A DNA stretch of 60,231 nucleotides, filler included, from Sphacelaria rigidula (Eukaryota), in the NCBI GenBank assembly GCA_964200075.2. It is 4 parts of 4 records of this genome, joined end to end, with 100 filler letters (N's around TTAATTAATTAA, not from the genome) between each part and the next. Parts side by side here need not be neighbours in the genome. Positions count along the whole stretch, not along the records: positions 45,251 to 60,231 come from CAXNAA020001967.1; 3 more parts are not named here. One strand, 5' to 3'. Below, in pieces: positions 45,470-59,056 of the stretch (within the stretch, counting starts at the first letter, position 1; each line of letters starts with the position of its first letter). Made by a program: the position numbers and the translations under genes. Below the pieces are notes generated by a model that did no database searches, was not told the origin of the DNA, and worked only from the letters and a program-made list of their open reading frames with translations.

Positions 45470-46594
45470 CCCCGGCCTGCTCAACAATTCGTACACGCTA
45501 CGATACAAACCCTCTGAATTTTCGGAATCCTGAGAATCATTCATCAGAACACAAGCATGTCTCTCAAAAGTCTTTGCGTCCAATGCTTTGGTGAGGATGT
45601 CCGCGTGTTGTTCTCCTGAGTTGACTTTTTCCACGCGGATGAAGCTAATGTTGATGGCGTCCCTAACGACCTGGTGTTTGACGTCGATGTGTCTGGTCCT
45701 CCGGCTACTAAAGCGGTTATTCGTCATTTTCTTTGCGCCCCGATTGTGCTCGTGAAGAGGGATCCTGGTATCAGCGGGCGGTGACATAAATGGTTTCACC
45801 TGTCTAAGGGAGTGCAGCTCGTTCGTTGCTTCTGCGGGCGCAATATACTCCGACTCTGATCTAGCCGAAGCGGTGAGTTCATGTGCCTGGGAAAACCACC
45901 TGATGTCGCCTCCGGCCAGCATGAACGCTGCCCCTGATACCGAATGCCTGGTATTTGGGCAGGTCGCATGGTCCGCGTCAACCCACGCGGAAAGCTCAGT
46001 GTCGTTCCCCGATGTTCCCCCGTACACGATCCCGTAGTCTGTGGTGCGCTTCAGGTACTTCATGACCTCCATCACTGCTTTCCAGTGTGCCGGTCCCGGG
46101 TTGTCGCTGAACTTGGCGACATTGTGTGCTGCAAATGATGGATCGGGCTTTGCCATGGTGGCAATCCACATCAGTGCCCCCACCTCCTCTCGATAGGGGA
46201 TACCCCGTATCTCGTTGACTTCATATTTGTTCCCCGGTCTGTCTGCCTTCGAGAGCGCAGCTGTTCCAGTAGCGACCTCAATCTTGCTCGTTTTGACGAT
46301 TTCGAAGCGCTCGATCGCTTCCTTTGCGTACTGGCGTTGGCCAACAGTCACCGTTCCAACCTTGCGGTCTCGGGAGACGTGACACCCAAGGTACTACTAC
46401 GAGATTTCCCCCAGGTCCTTGATGGGGAAGCTGGATTGCAGATCTGCGAGCGCCCTTTCTTTGTCCTTCTTCGTGGCGCTGATCAGGAAAAGATCATCCA
46501 CGTAGACGACCAAGATGACTGCCATGCGGCCTTCTGGTTTGTTGCGATAGACGCAACGGTTGGCTTCTGATCTTTCGAAACCCTTGCGGATCAC
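45464..46594 (-). pseudogene. Ty1/copia RT C-terminal half and RNase H, cut at 46594 by an LTR insertion
   Basis: GFERSEANRCVY, VYVDD, IKDLG...*YLG, PYREEVGALMW, WVDADHA, SESEY, RTRHIDVKH, HADILTKAL. Confidence 0.95.
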
Positions 46595-47046
46595 TGTCGT
46601 GGTCTGATCACGAGGTGATACTGGCGTCACTCTCAAAGCACACGCCCGGCCCGGGGTGACACGAGGTCAGCGGCTGGCCACATTGAACAATCGCAGTCGA
46701 GAGGAATGACCCTTGAGCTCGTGAGTAACAGACCATCGAGTCCGACAAGCACTGCATCGCAAGGCCAAGCAAGGACTCACTTTCACGTGCAGAAGAGATG
46801 CTCTTGACTTACTTACTTGCAAGCGAGATGTCTCCAAGTGGTGGCTGATAGCTCTGTTATTAATTAGTCTTAGCTAGGTAGCTAAACGAGAGTTGCTGGG
46901 TGCTGGCAGTTGTGTGGGCGGTGGGCTCCGGTCAAGGACGCCCGATTGGAATACAACACCAATATGCGAATGAAATAAGACCTACTGCACTTGCCACGCG
47001 TACTTCAAAACGCCTACTACACATACAGTCGATATCCGCCGTAACA
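46595..47046 (-). repeat. LTR 1 (452 bp) with adjacent PPT 47047-47058
   Basis: TGTCGTGG...CCGTAACA followed by TCCCCCTCCCTT. Confidence 0.93.
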
Positions 47047-50000
47047 TCCCCCTCCCTTGTTTCGTGCACGCTGCTAATGGAAGGTAAGGAAAGTCACAGC
47101 TCAATGCACTCCGGGGGAATTTTCTCCACTCTGTATGCCATCAGCCTAAGATCACGGTAGCGACGAGAAAACCGCAGAATTTCGGGGCTAAGATTAACCG
47201 CGGGAAAAACTCGTCATGAAATAGGAAGGATGGGCAAAACCTGGTTTTCAGGGAAAAGCCTCATCGCTTGGGGAAAAAATCTCTCACGCCCTTTCGGATC
47301 ATAGCGAGTGCTTTCGCATGTGCTATGTCGTCCCGGGATCCCAGTTACACTGGGAACAGAAACCACAGAGAATGGTCGGTGACTATTTTCCGATGGTAAC
47401 GGCGCTTAGACACCCTTGATTGATTTACAATCCCGGGTAGTGTAGGACTCGCAAAAAGAGCTGACCCACTAAAAAAACCCCAAGAAAGCGCTTACTGGCT
47501 GATGGGAGTGCGTAGGCTTTTCTCTCACCGACCAGCAGCAACTGACCTACTGGACACAGGGGGACTCCTATATCTTAGATCAACAGTTGCGTCATGGTAC
47601 AGTGTCCAAGCAGGTACTCGGTGCCCACCCTTTTTGTACCATGCTCACTCCACGATATGATATGCTCTACTCGAAAGGGGTGGGGCACCCTAAAATCGGA
47701 TCAACGTTCTTCGAGGACAAAGAAGCGTGATGAACAAACCGGGTACGTGAAACAAAGGGTGGGATAAGGTCTGACAAAACCGGGAAATTGATGATCTCCA
47801 TGGAATGCAAGACCGGGAAAAACAAACAAAGTGCGGGCCAAGATCAACTCCGCGAAGAGATGTAAAGGACAAGGGAAACCGAAAAGTAGTGCTGGAGGAA
47901 CGAACCAGGCCCACAGCCAAAAGAGAAGGGAGAAAGGAACTGAAGCATGAAAGAAAAAAAGAAAGGACCCACCACGTCCGTAATACGACAAAAACAACTC
48001 ATGGAACATGAAAACAGTCAAAAACATAGGACTGACACGAGAAAAAGGATCAGGTCCTACGAAATCAAGAGAAGCCAAAACGGAATAGGGAAGAACAAAT
48101 GGAATCCAGACTAGAGGTAACCGGACAGAGAAAAACAGGATGAGGCCCTGAGGAGGAAGTTCTGCTCCGAGAAAACGAGGCAAGCAAATGAAAAGGCGCC
48201 TCCCCCCCCCCCCAAATCAAGATCAAACGTTGTAAGGCGAGAAAATAAAGCCGGGAACGATACATGGTATATAACCGAGCTCATAATCAACGGGAAAGCA
48301 CGAGTGAAAACAGACCCGAAGAGAGTAAGAAAAATTAAGTACTGGAAAGCTGTTCCAATAAAGAGAAAGAAACAGTACTGAACTACTGCCATTACTATAT
48401 AAAAAATAAAATAGAAATACAAAGCGCTGCTCGCTCCTGTAATGCACCACAATACGGTCTCCAGCTTTCCTTCGTTCAAAATTAATGCTTTTCTCTGCTT
48501 CGCTCGCTCAATGCTATCGACTCGCTCGTCTGGGTCGCTTGCTGAAGCTCTTCACTTGAAGACTCCCCGCAGTCTTCGTCGTCTCATCACTTCTTTCGAA
48601 GCGTTCACCGTCGTCGAACACTTGTCCTTTTTGCTGAGCTCCGTCAATATCCTCTCGGAATCCGAAACCTATGAGGAAACGACTTCAGAACATCACTGCG
48701 CGACAGAGGGACATGGCGTGCTCGGGCGGGATAGCATACTTGATGCCTTGGCTAGGTGGTGTAGATTCCAAAGGGCGTAGAACCCGTCCACTCGGGAAGC
48801 ATCAGGCTTTCCAGGACTCTGCTTCCTTGTAGCTTCTCTGACATTGCTCCATCCTGGGCCTTTGCTCGCTATTTCCAATCTGTTTTTTTATTTTTGGATT
48901 TAGACTCGCGACGGTGTTTCAGGGTGAGGAGGTGGGGTGTGGGGTTTTTAAAAGGTTGGCGTCGCCCCGAAGTCTGGTGTTCAACCAAACTAGGTGGACC
49001 TGTCAGCGGTTGAATATCTCAGGTGGGGCAGGTAACGGTATGTGGTTCGATTTATGGCGGACTATCTTGCGCGTACATATTTCGTGTCCTTGCATCACCT
49101 CCAGACCGCGTGCCGTCATTGATCCTTGCCAACTTTCCATGTACCGTGTACTAATGCTGCAATTTCCTGCCGTGGCCATCCCGACATTGAGATCTCACCT
49201 TCCAGATCCATAGCCAGTCTTACCTCGCATAGGTGCTATTCGCGCTGTTTGACGAAAGGGTCCAGTCCTGCACTCGGTTCTGCTTCTTGTGATATACGTG
49301 AAGGTCGGCTTAGATATATTTGTGTTTTTGCGTCGACACGGCAACTCGGGTAAAGAAGCAGCGTGTCAAGCAATGTGCGCTTGGTTCAAGGGCCAATGAG
49401 ACGTGTTCACCCCACCTGACTTGCAAAGCTCTGACAACATATCCAGCATACATCCTCCTGGTCTCACGACTGCGTTCTTACCGCGTGGGAGATCTGACGC
49501 TTCGAAAAGAAATACCTTCTTTCAGTCACCTGCCAAAATGGGTGACTACCTCCACGCTAAACTCTTCGCCTCTGTTCCGCGAATCTTTTGAGGGGCACCG
49601 CAAGTTAGGCACATTCTGCAGGGGCACTGACTACCCCGTTGACTTGTTTTAATGGCTGTGGAAAATCAATTGGGGATCGAGAAGCGAGGTCAAGTGCCTG
49701 CAGATGTATGTGTACGTGAGTGCAACATTACCTCCCTTGTTGGCAAGTTGGTGTGTATGTGAGTGGAACATTACCTCAATTGTTGGCAAGTTGATCACCT
49801 CGCCCCATGGGTCTACCGCACGCCCCTACCTGATGGCCGTTTGGCGACTGCTTGACCTCTTGGGCCTCCTGCAACGGCATGACAGCCCATCTTGCCTGAT
49901 ATCTTTCGTACTTCGTGACGAAAGGGAGCGGTCACGTATCGTGGAAAGGGTGGCGCCTGCTGCTGAATTTTCGAGTGCTCATCATTATTTTGGGAACCGC

Positions 50001-50102
50001 CGGCAGCTCCTCAGCATCGACTCCCAGGTATCGCTTTTATGTCGTACTCAGATCGCCTCTCACGTACCGTTTCGGCCGTCGTTTCCCCCCCCCAGGTCCA
50101 AG

Positions 50103-51094
50103 TAGTTCGTGGGGATTCCAGAAACAGTGGAAGGATTGCAAAAGCAGATAGACAAGGCGCAAGAATACACTACTACTGTAGGCAATGGAGAGTGACAGCG
50201 AACAGCGAATGAGAGTGATAACGAAAGTGAAAATGTGCGCGATACTCGTCTGTAACGAGGATGAGAAAAACCCACTGGAGTTCAAGTGGAAGTGGGGAGG
50301 AGAGAAAATGGCGATTCTAGACCAATATACATACCTTGGCGTAGGGATCCCAAAACACTGTTCTTGGGATGCACAAATTGACAAGGTAATATAAAAGGGT
50401 AAGGCACAGATAGGAAGGATGAACGTGATCCTCAGAGAGCCGCACCCAGACACCAGGATTGAGATATGTATCCTGACAAACTTGATCGTACCACAGCTGG
50501 AATATGCAGGAGAAGTATGGGAGTAGAACGTGAAATTGGTGAAGAAACTAGAAACAGGACAGAGGGCAGCAGCCAAGAAGATATTTGGACGCTCGGACCT
50601 GCCGGAAAGATTGATTGATCGATTGATTGATTGATTGTCGCACTTCAACTGACCCCCCAGGGGTCTCATGATAGACGTACCCACGAATAACGAAACTGAA
50701 ATACGCTTTGAGAAAAAGGAGGAACAGAAAAAAAAAGTATAGCAGTAATCGGAAAGAGGAGGAAGTTGATAGACAAAACTACCTTTGTGACAAAGCAATC
50801 GAGAGCACAAGTCATGAAGTGGCGCAATGGGAACTATACAAGGAGGAGAATCACATGCTAGAGGGGAAATGCGGGGCGTGAGCGAAGGAGGCATGAAATC
50901 GTCTGATGTATTAGCTACATAGAAGGTTTTTGCGCAGAGTATGGGAGAAACGTAATGAGCTATGGAAGAAGCGTAATACGCGCCGGAATGTTGAAGGTGT
51001 CTCTATTAGGAGTAGGAGCGGTGCTCCGTCTCGAAAGGGATGCGTGGTCAATGGTCAAACGACCAAGGCGAGCAACAAGTGAGTACGCCCCCCC
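50103..51094 (+). mobile_element. LINE RT/thumb and 3'-end fragments carried in unit 1, interrupted by an (AATC)n-tailed element at ~50608-50770
   Basis: FVGIPETVEGLQKQID...DQYTYLGV...IVPQLEYAGEVW...AAAKKIFG, then ...SRKGCVVNGQTTKASNK* and a C-run. Confidence 0.85.
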
Positions 51095-51966
51095 TCAGAT
51101 TCGATTGCACCTGTTCTCCCAAAGGGTCTCCTTGCTGGCGATCAAACTGGATGCGTTAGTCAGGGTCTACAGAGCACGATCATTCGCCACTGTGTCCAGT
51201 TCGAGGTCTGTCGGATGAAGTAGGCGTGCCCCCCCCTGCGGAGAGCACTTCGCCTACCTTCGTTCCTTCGCAAACTGTGCGGAATGGCCAGTACTCACAC
51301 CTGTTACGGAACCTTGATCGGTGCTGTTCGGACGGTCTCGGGTCTACCACTTGGGAAGCTACGTGATGCTACTCGACAAAAAGGATGGAGTTGATTTGCT
51401 GCGAATGGAGTACAGTACTCTCAAACAAGGGGGTATCCGTAGCTCACCGTTGGTGACCAGAACCTGCTTCGGGTCCGTGGAGAACAACCCGATGTCCAGA
51501 GCCCAGCAGGACGCTTACCAGCTCCCGTTTCTCCGATTCACCCACCTGTTAACCGTACGCTACAACCTTCCCGATATATGGTTTCACCATCTTCTCAGAT
51601 GTCTAGCGAACCACCATTGGCTACGATTAGTCGAAACCTATCGATGCCCGATCTCACCCGTTATCCCGAGCTGGCTTTCGTTGCGCTTAGCGGTCGTCCC
51701 TGGAGTTTGCCACCGCAGGCTTCTCAAGACAAATGTACCTGGGGTGTACTTTTGTGCGTCAGGCAATGGCTCTAGCAAAATATTTACAGAAAAAACACCG
51801 TGGATGGGCGGGGTTGTACGCTTGCAAACTGAAGGTAGCGAAAACACATAGCGAAGATGGCTGTAGAGTAAAATTGCCAAGGGGAGTAGAGAATATGACT
51901 GAAATTGTAGAAAGAGAGGAGACAAACGGCGGAAAATCAAGGGGTACCGTACGGCAGACAGGGGGG

Positions 51967-52063
51967 GGGTACTCATGATCATCCATGCCATAGTCATAAG
52001 ACCATTGACCTCGCATCCCTACAAAGCCGGGACCGAGCACGCCGGGTTTTCGCCGGACCAGGC
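51967..52063 (-). mobile_element. 97-bp non-LTR 3' tip inserted with a 20-bp TSD (unit 1 only)
   Basis: CCGTACGGCAGACAGGGGGG duplicated at 51947-51966 and 52064-52083; empty site at ~58446-58465 in unit 2. Confidence 0.9.
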
Positions 52064-52763
52064 CCGTACGGCAGACAGGGGGGCAACAAGGGGAAGAAAA
52101 ACAAATGATTGAGTCAGTGAAAGGAGAGAATGACGCAAATAGTGCACCGTGGGCTACGACTGCTAAATGCAGACGATGAGGCAAGGGGGTCACCAGTATA
52201 AAGCGGCTGATAGCGAATAGAAAAAAGTCAACAGCACAAAAAATACCAGCGGTAGAGGAAATAAACAGGGTATGATGCGATACCAACGACCATGATATGA
52301 CTCGCGGCATTGCGCAGGCACGTTCGGGGCGACAGAAGCGGGCAAAATCGAGCCGAAAAAGCGGCAGGGGCAAATGGGGGGGTGTAGAATTAGTGCGCGC
52401 TCTTCCGATGTTCGTGTGCAATTACGAAACCTCAAAAACAAATAAAGACGTGAAAGTAGATAAAAATATATTAGAATAGAATAAAACAAAATAAAGTAAA
52501 ACATGGATCACTGTGAAGGGAAGAGTCAAACGCAACGCTACAGTAGAAGTAGGGTGAACAAAACAAAATGGTGAAGGCGTGAGCCACGCATATAATGAAA
52601 TTTACAATCGGTGTGTCTACTGCTGCCGATCAACGGCACTGGTTGCCCCCGATTTCCCGGCGTGAAGAAACCCATGTAGTGACGGTCTCTGAAGTGTATT
52701 GATGGTTTCATGTAGTGTAGTGATGGTCCCATGTGCTGTTGTGACGATCCCATGTAGTGGCGA

Positions 52764-53056
52764 CACGGGCGGCCACTGGGGTCTGTAACCTGGCCATTTT
52801 GGGACCTCACCCACATTTGGTAAGGTCCGCGGAATAGGTGGACAAATGAAGAGCATTCGCACAGCATGGACAGGTTCGAAATAAAGCATGTTCCAGTCTA
52901 CAGGGGAGTCACCCGCCTAAAGACTGGGACATGTTTTGTTTCGATCCTGTTCATGCTGTGCGAATGCTCTTCAGTTGTCTACCCAACCCCCGCACCTTGC
53001 CAAAGGTGGATAAGGTCCCAAAATGGCCAGGTTACAGACCCCAGTGGCCACCCGTG
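52764..53056. mobile_element. 293-bp palindromic MITE, CACGGG...CCCGTG, 2-bp TSD GA (CMC/EnSpm-like signature)
   Basis: ~135-bp inverted arms; the empty site GTGGCGACACAATG is present in unit 2 at ~59201. Confidence 0.9.
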
Positions 53057-53860
53057 GACACAATGACGATGCAGTGGCGACATGTTTTGGCGTGGAGCGG
53101 AAGCGAATCCATACGACTTGACTCGCGCAATGACTTTTCACAATGCCGCACATCAATCAATCATACCACGGGCCAATCGTCATTTGCCGGGCGTTGAACA
53201 TGTTTCGCCGCCAAGATGACTCTTGCATAGAAGCTCCGTATGTTGGTAAGAAATTCATTCGGACTCACATAGGATGATCCAAACAACTGCTCGAGCAGTC
53301 TTGTTAGGTACGAAGTTGCACAGGGCAAACACGCTTCCACAGCACGCAGTACAGTGCAAACACCATGCGATCACGTACCTGACTAATATGGTGCAAACAC
53401 CATGCTAACACCTACCTGGCTAACATGGTAGGTACCTGGGCACCAGATCTAACAGGAGCTGTTTTCTGTCAAAATACACACCTGATCGAACGTGCGGTAC
53501 TGTAAGATCCCGACCTGGAATTTTTTAATTTTCAATTTTGAAATTGTGAAAAAACAGTCCTCGTACACGGAAGCAGACGCACATGAAATGATGAATCACA
53601 GGACGCACCTGTGCTGTCGTGTTAGCATGGAAGGTGGCAAGCATACGCTGCAGCCAGGTGTCCCAGCTCTGTTCTTCCAGCTGATGGTCGCTTCGAGGAA
53701 TCAACAGGCATGTAAGATTCTGGCACCTAAAGACGTGATAGTTGCTCAGAAGACCCCACGCTGAACAGGAAGCACGATTTATGCACTACTGTACACCGTA
53801 TGCAGACACAACGTGAAACAGTGCAGCTCTACAGCGATCCGACTATGCAGTACTGCCTAT

Positions 53861-53878
53861 CTTCTCGGTTGGTCACCA
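53861..53878 (-). promoter_or_regulatory. Primer-binding site, unit 1 (second copy at 60206-60223)
   Basis: Minus strand ...CCACGACA|TGGTGACCAAYCGAGAA. Confidence 0.8.
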
Positions 53879-54328
53879 TGTCGTGGTCTGATCACGAGGT
53901 GATACTGGCGTCACTCTCAAAGAACACGCCCGGCCAGGGGTGACACTAGGTCAGCGGCTGGCCACATTGAACAATCGCAGTCGAGAGGAATGACCCTTGA
54001 GCTCGTGAGTAGTAACAGACCATCGAGTCCGATAAGCACTGCATCGCAAGGCCAAGCAGGGACTCACTTTCACGTGCAGAAGAGGGGCTCTTGACTTACT
54101 TGCAAGCGAGATGTCTCCAAGTGGTGGCTGATAGCTCTGTTATTACTTAGTCTTAGCTAGGTAGCTAAACGAGAGTTGCTGGGTGACGGAAGTTCTGAGG
54201 GCGATGGGCTCCGGTCAAGGACGCCCGATTGGAATACAACACCAACATACGAATGGAATAAGACCTACTGCACTTGCCACGTGTACTGAAAACGCCTACT
54301 ACACATACAGTCGATATCCGCCGTAACA
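53879..54328 (-). repeat. Shared middle LTR (450 bp) with adjacent PPT 54329-54340
   Basis: Roughly 95% identical to LTR 1 (manual count); PBS on one side and PPT on the other. Confidence 0.93.
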
Positions 54329-56599
54329 TCCCCCTCCCTTGCTTCGTGCACGCTGCTAATGGAAGGTAAGGAAAGTCACAGCTCAATGCACTCCGGGGGA
54401 ATTCGCTATTTGTATGCCATCAGCCTATGATCACGGTAGAGACAGGAAAACCGCAGATTTTCGGGGCTAAGATTAACCGCGGGAAAAACTCGTCATGAAA
54501 TTGGAAGGATGAGCAAAACCTGGATTTCAGGAAAAAGCCTCATCGCTTGGGGAAAAAATATCTTACGCCCTTTCGGATCATAGCGAGTGCTTTCGCATAT
54601 GCTATGTCGTCCCGGGATCCCAGTTACACTGGGAAGAGAAACCACGGGGAATAGTCGGTGACTATATTTCGATGGTAACGGCGCTTAGACATCCTTGATT
54701 GATTTACAATCCCGGGTAGTGTAGGACTCGCAAAAAAAGCAGACCCACTAAAACCCCCCCAGGAAAGCGCTTACTGGCTGATGGGAGTGCGTAGGCTTTT
54801 CTCTCACGACCAGCAGCAACTGACCTACTGGACACAGGGGGACTCCTATATATCTTAGATCAACAGTTCCGTCATGGTACAGTGTCCAAGCAGGTACTCG
54901 GTGCCCATCCTTCTTGTACCATGCTCACTTCACGATATGATATGCTCTACTCGAAAGGGATGGGACACCCTAAAATCGGATCAACGTTCTTCGAGGACGA
55001 ACAAACGTGATGAACGAACCGGGTACGTGAAACAAAGGGTGGAACCAGGTCTGACGAAACCAAGATATCAATAATCTCCATTGAATGCAATACCGGGAAA
55101 AAAACAAAAAAACAAAAACGAAGGGCGGGCCTAGATCGACTCCGCGAAAAGATGTAAAGGAAATGGGAAACCGAAAAATGGTGCAAGAGGAACGAACCAG
55201 GTCTACAGCAAAAAGAGAAGGGAGAAAGGCATCTGAAACATGAAAGAAAACTAGAAAGGACCCATCACGTCAGTAACACGAAAAAAACAGCTCATAAAAC
55301 ATGAAAACAGTCAAAAACATAGGACTGACACGAGAAAAAGGATCAGGTCCTACGAAATCAAAAGAACCCAAAACGGGATAGGGAAGAGCAAATGGAATCC
55401 AGACTAGAAATAACCGGACAGAGAAAAAAAGGATGAGGTCCTGAGGAGAAAGTTCTGCTCCGAAAAAACGAGGCAAACAAATCGAGAAGGCGCTCCCCCC
55501 CGAAAAAAATCAAGATCAAACGTTGTAAGGTGAGAAAATAAAGCCGGGAACGATACATGGTATATAACCGAGCTCATAATCAACGGGAAAACAAGATTGA
55601 AAACAGACCCGAAAAGGGTAGGAAAAAGTAAGTACTGAACAGCTGTTCCAGTAAAAATAAACAGTGCTGAACTACTGCTCATCACGATATATAAAAATAC
55701 AAATACAAATACAAAGCGCTGCTCGCTCCTGCAATGCACCACAAAACGGTCTCCGGCTTTCCTTCGTACAATGTTAATGCTTTTCTCTGCTTTGCTCGCT
55801 CAATGCCATCGACTCGCTTGTCTGGGTCACTTGCTGGGGCTTCTCACTTAAAGACCTAGCGCAGTCTTCGTCTTCTCATCACTCTTCCGAAGCGTTCACC
55901 GTCGTCGAACACTTGTCCTTTTTGCTGAGCTCCGTCAAAATCCTCTCGGAATGCGAAACTTATATTGCAAAGCTCTTGACAACATATCCAGCATTCATCC
56001 TCCTGGTCTCACGACTGCGTTCTTACCGCGTGGGAGATCTGACGCTTCGGAAAGGATGCCTTCTTTCAGTCACCTGCCCAAATGGGTGACTACCTCCACA
56101 CTAAACTCTTGGCCTCTGTTCCGCGAATCTTTTGAGGGGCACAGCAGTTAGGCACATTCTGCAGGGGCACTGACTACCACGTTGACTTGTTTTGATGGCT
56201 GTGGAAAATCAACTGGGGATCGAGAAGCGAGGTCAAGTGCCTGCAGATGTATGTGTATGTGAGTGCAACATTACCTGAATTGTTGGCAAGTTGATCGCCT
56301 CGTCCCATGGGTCTACCACACGCCCCTACCTGATGACCGTTTGACGACTGCTTGACCTCTTGGGCCTCCTGCAACGGCATGAAAGCACATCTTGCCTAAG
56401 ATCTTTCGTTCTTGTTCACGAAAGGGAGCGGTCACGTATCGTGGAAAGGCAGGCGCCTACTGCTAAATTTTCGAGTGCTCATCATTATTTTGGAACCGCC
56501 GGCAGCTCCTCCGCATCGACTCCCAGGTATCGCTTTTATTTCGTACTCAAATCGCCTCTCACCTACCGTTTCGGTCGTTGTTTTTCCCCCAGGTCCAAC

Positions 56600-57677
56600 G
56601 GCTTTGTGGGGATTTCAGAAACAGTAGAAGGATTGCAAAAACAGATAGGCAAGACGCAAGATTACACTACTGTAGGCACTGGAGAGTGACAGCGAACAGC
56701 GAATGAGAGTGATAACGAATGTGAAAATATGCGCGATACTCGTCTGTGACGAGGATGAGAAAAATCCACTGAAGTTCAGGTGGAAGTGGGGAGGAGGGGA
56801 ACTCTCGATTCCAGACCAATATACATACCTTGCCTTAAAGATATCAAAACACTGTTCTTGGGATGCACAAATTAACAAGGTAGTATATAAGGTAAAGTAC
56901 AAATAGGAAGGATGAACGTGATCCTCAGAGACCCGCACCCAGACACCAGGATTGAGATATGTATCCTGACAAACTTGATCGTACCACAGCTGGAATATGC
57001 AGGAGAAGTATGAAAGTGGGACGTGAAATTGGTGACGCAAGCTAGAAACAGTACAGAGAGCAGCAGCCAAGCAGATATTTGGATGCACGGACCTGCCGGA
57101 AAGATTGATTGATTGATTAGTTGCTTGTCGCACTTCAACTGACCCCCCAGGGATCCAGCCGTGGTCTCATGATAGACGTACCCACGAAGAACGAAACTCA
57201 ACCACGCTCTGAGAAAAAGGGTAACAGAAAAAAAGAAAAAGGTATACCAGTCATTGGAAAGAGGAAGTTGATAGAAAAAACTATCTCTGTGGCAAAGCAA
57301 TCGAGAGCAGAAGTCATAAAGTGGCGCAATGTGAACTGTACAAGGAGGAGCAACACGTGCTAGAGGGAGAAATGCGGGACGTGAAAGAAGGAGGCATGAA
57401 ATCGTCTGATGTATTAGCTAGTAAAATATTTTTGCGCAGAGTATGGGATAAACGTAATGAGCTATGGAAGAAGTGTAATGCGCGCCGGAATGAAGGTGTC
57501 TCTATTGCGAGTAGCGGTGCTCCGTCTCGGAAGGGATGCGTGGTCAATAGTCAAACGACCAAGGCAAGCAACAACAAGTGAGAACGCCCCCCCTCAGATT
57601 CGCGGTGCTCCGTCTCGAAAGGGATGCGTGGTCAATGGTCAAATGACTAAGGCAAGCAACAAATGAGTACGCCCCCC
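56600..57677 (+). mobile_element. LINE cargo of unit 2 (same fragments as 50103-51094) plus an extra LINE 3' tip at ~57602-57677
   Basis: FVGISETVEGLQKQI...DQYTYLA...LEYAGEV; the 3' terminus GCGGTGCTCCGTCTCG...TGAG(A/T)ACGCCCCCC is present twice. Confidence 0.85.
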
Positions 57678-59056
57678 ACGATCATTCGCCACTGTGTCCA
57701 GTTCGAGATCTGTGGGATGAAGTAGGCGTGTCGCCCCCTGCGGAGAGCACTTCGCCTATCTTCGTTCCTTCGCTAACTGTGCGGAATGACCAGTACTCAC
57801 GTTACGGAACCTTGATCGGTGCTGTTCGGGCGGTCTCGGGTCCATCACTTGGGGAGCTACGTGACTCTACTCGACAAAAAAGGTGGCGTTGATTTGCTGC
57901 GAATGGAGTACAGTACTCAAGGGGGTACTTGTAGCTCATTGTTGTTGATGACCAGAACCTGCTTCGGGTCCGTGGAGAACAGCCCAGTGTCCAGAGCCCA
58001 GCAGGACGCCCACCAGCTCCCGTTTCTCCGATTTACCCACCTGTTAATCTTACGCTATAACCTTCCCGGTATATGCATACACCATCTTCTCACATGTCTA
58101 GCAAACCGCCATTGGCTACGACCGATGGAGGCGCTGTCGATGCCTTATCTCACCCGTTATCCTGAGTTGGCTTTCGTTGCGCTTCGTGGTCGTCCCTGGA
58201 GTTTGCCATCTCAGGTTTCTCAAGACAAATGTACCTGGCGTGTACTTTCGCGCGTCAGGCAATGGCTCTAGCAAAACATTTGCAAAACAAAAAACACCAT
58301 GGATGGGCGGGGCTGTACGCGTGCAACATGAAGGTAGCAAAAACACACGGAGAAGATGGCTGTAGAGTAAAATTGCCACGGGGAGTAGAGAATATAACTG
58401 AAATTGTAGAAAGATAGGAGACAAACGGCGGAAAATCAAGAGGTAACATAGGGCAAATAGGAGGGCAAAAAGGGGAAGGAAAAAAATGATTAAGTCGGTG
58501 AAAGGAGAATATGACAATATTAGTGCACCGTGGGCTATGACTGCTAAATGCAGACGATGAGGGAAAGGGATCACTAGTATAACACAGTTGATAGCGACCG
58601 AGAAAAAATTCAACAGCAAAAAATACCAGCGGGAGAGGATACAAACGTGGTATGATGCGATACCAACGACCATGGGATGACTCGCGTCATTGCGCAGGCA
58701 CATTCAGGGCGACAGGAGCGGGCAAAATCGAACAGCAAAAGCGGCAGGGGCGGATGGGGGGTGTAGTATTAGTGCGCACTCTGCCGATGTTCGTATGCAA
58801 TTCCGAAACTTCAAAAATAAATAAGGACGTAAAAGTAGATAAAAATAGAAAATAATAGAATAAAACAAAATAGAATAAAATATGGGTCAATTGTTAAGGG
58901 AAGAGTCAAACGCAACGCTACAGTAGAAGCAGGGTGAACAAAACAAAATGGTCAAGGCGGGAGTCACGCATACAATAACTTTTACAATCGGCGTGTCTAC
59001 TGCTGCCGATCAACGGCATCGGTTGCCGCCGATTTCCCGGCGTGAAGGAATCCATG

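Noticed and set aside
50037..50894. 285-aa minus-strand ORF in the tandem element
   Set aside because: Antisense to LINE fragments, crosses insertion junctions, and is broken in unit 2.
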